A stretch of 63,741 bases of DNA, filler included. It is 9 parts of 9 records of this genome, joined end to end, with 100 filler letters (N's around TTAATTAATTAA, not from the genome) between each part and the next. Parts side by side here need not be neighbours in the genome. Positions count along the whole stretch, not along the records: positions 58,347 to 63,741 come from SRR31147125_49289; 8 more parts are not named here. One strand, written 5' to 3'. This document shows, in pieces, positions 63,441-63,741 of the stretch (the stretch's first letter is position 1; every line of letters begins with the position of its first letter). The notes below the pieces were generated by a model that was given only the letters and a program-made list of their open reading frames with translations, was not told the DNA's origin and ran no database searches. The position numbers and the translations under genes are program-made.

Positions 63441-63741
63441 ATGACTGATTTAAAAGAAGTGGAAAAATGGTTAGATGAAGAACAATGGTATCAAAAAATT
63501 GAATTAAACAATGGCCTTTCAACAGGCGGAAAAATATCTATTAACAATCGACTGAAATACTTTAAAGACCTTGAGATTAAAGACAAATCATTCCTTGATA
63601 TCGGATGTAACTCAGGAGGATATTGTTTATGGGCCAAAAAAAATGACGCTTCGAAAGTTGTTGGTATTGATATCTCTTCTAAACGGATTCGACAAGCTGT
63701 CAAATTAAAAGAAATTGAAAAATTAGAGATCGATTTTCTAA
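63441..63741 (+). CDS. Class I SAM methyltransferase, 3'-truncated by the window edge; absent from the ORF track
   Basis: Manual translation MTDLKEVEKWLDEEQWYQKIEL...SFLDIGCNSGGY...VVGIDIS. Confidence 0.8.
   Translation, partial: MTDLKEVEKWLDEEQWYQKIELNNGLSTGGKISINNRLKYFKDLEIKDKSFLDIGCNSGGYCLWAKKNDASKVVGIDISSKRIRQAVKLKEIEKLEIDFL

Overview
This window is not one chromosomal locus. It is nine short contigs joined by eight identical 100-nt spacers (N-run, TTAATTAATTAA, N-run), and the contigs appear to come from several different bacteria (spirochaete-like, Bacteroidota-like, Firmicutes-like and others; taxon calls are inferred from protein style only). Many genes, including housekeeping guaA and rnz, are split by single-base indels in homopolymers, which points to sequencing error. 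Contig 1 (1-5205): a rolling-circle element with an HUH Rep gene missed by the ORF track, a candidate origin hairpin and small ORFs, ending at a dif-like 28-mer next to host mazG and a radical-SAM fusion. Contigs 2 (5306-14609) and 9 (58347-63741): surface-polysaccharide clusters, one with a TA-flanked MITE and one with a kinase-methyltransferase fusion. Contig 3: nrdJ, phoD and an Oar-like TonB receptor. Contig 4: M20 peptidase, membrane protein and a malonate decarboxylase operon. Contig 5: aldehyde:ferredoxin oxidoreductase, MoaD and a GntR-controlled sugar ABC transporter plus sugar isomerase. Contig 6: aldo-keto reductase, pseudogenes, LysR, sortase and an ICE-type NlpC/P60. Contig 7: rpsA, STAS, rnz, guaA and others. 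Contig 8 (52900-58246): a tyrosine integrase, a tmRNA-3'-end att site and the best candidate for an undescribed system. That candidate is a tightly coupled cassette of DUF2188, a full-length RuvC homologue whose catalytic acidic residues are replaced by Arg and Lys, and an intact Hanks-type Ser/Thr kinase. It lies downstream of a coiled-coil membrane protein and a possible CD-NTase stub.
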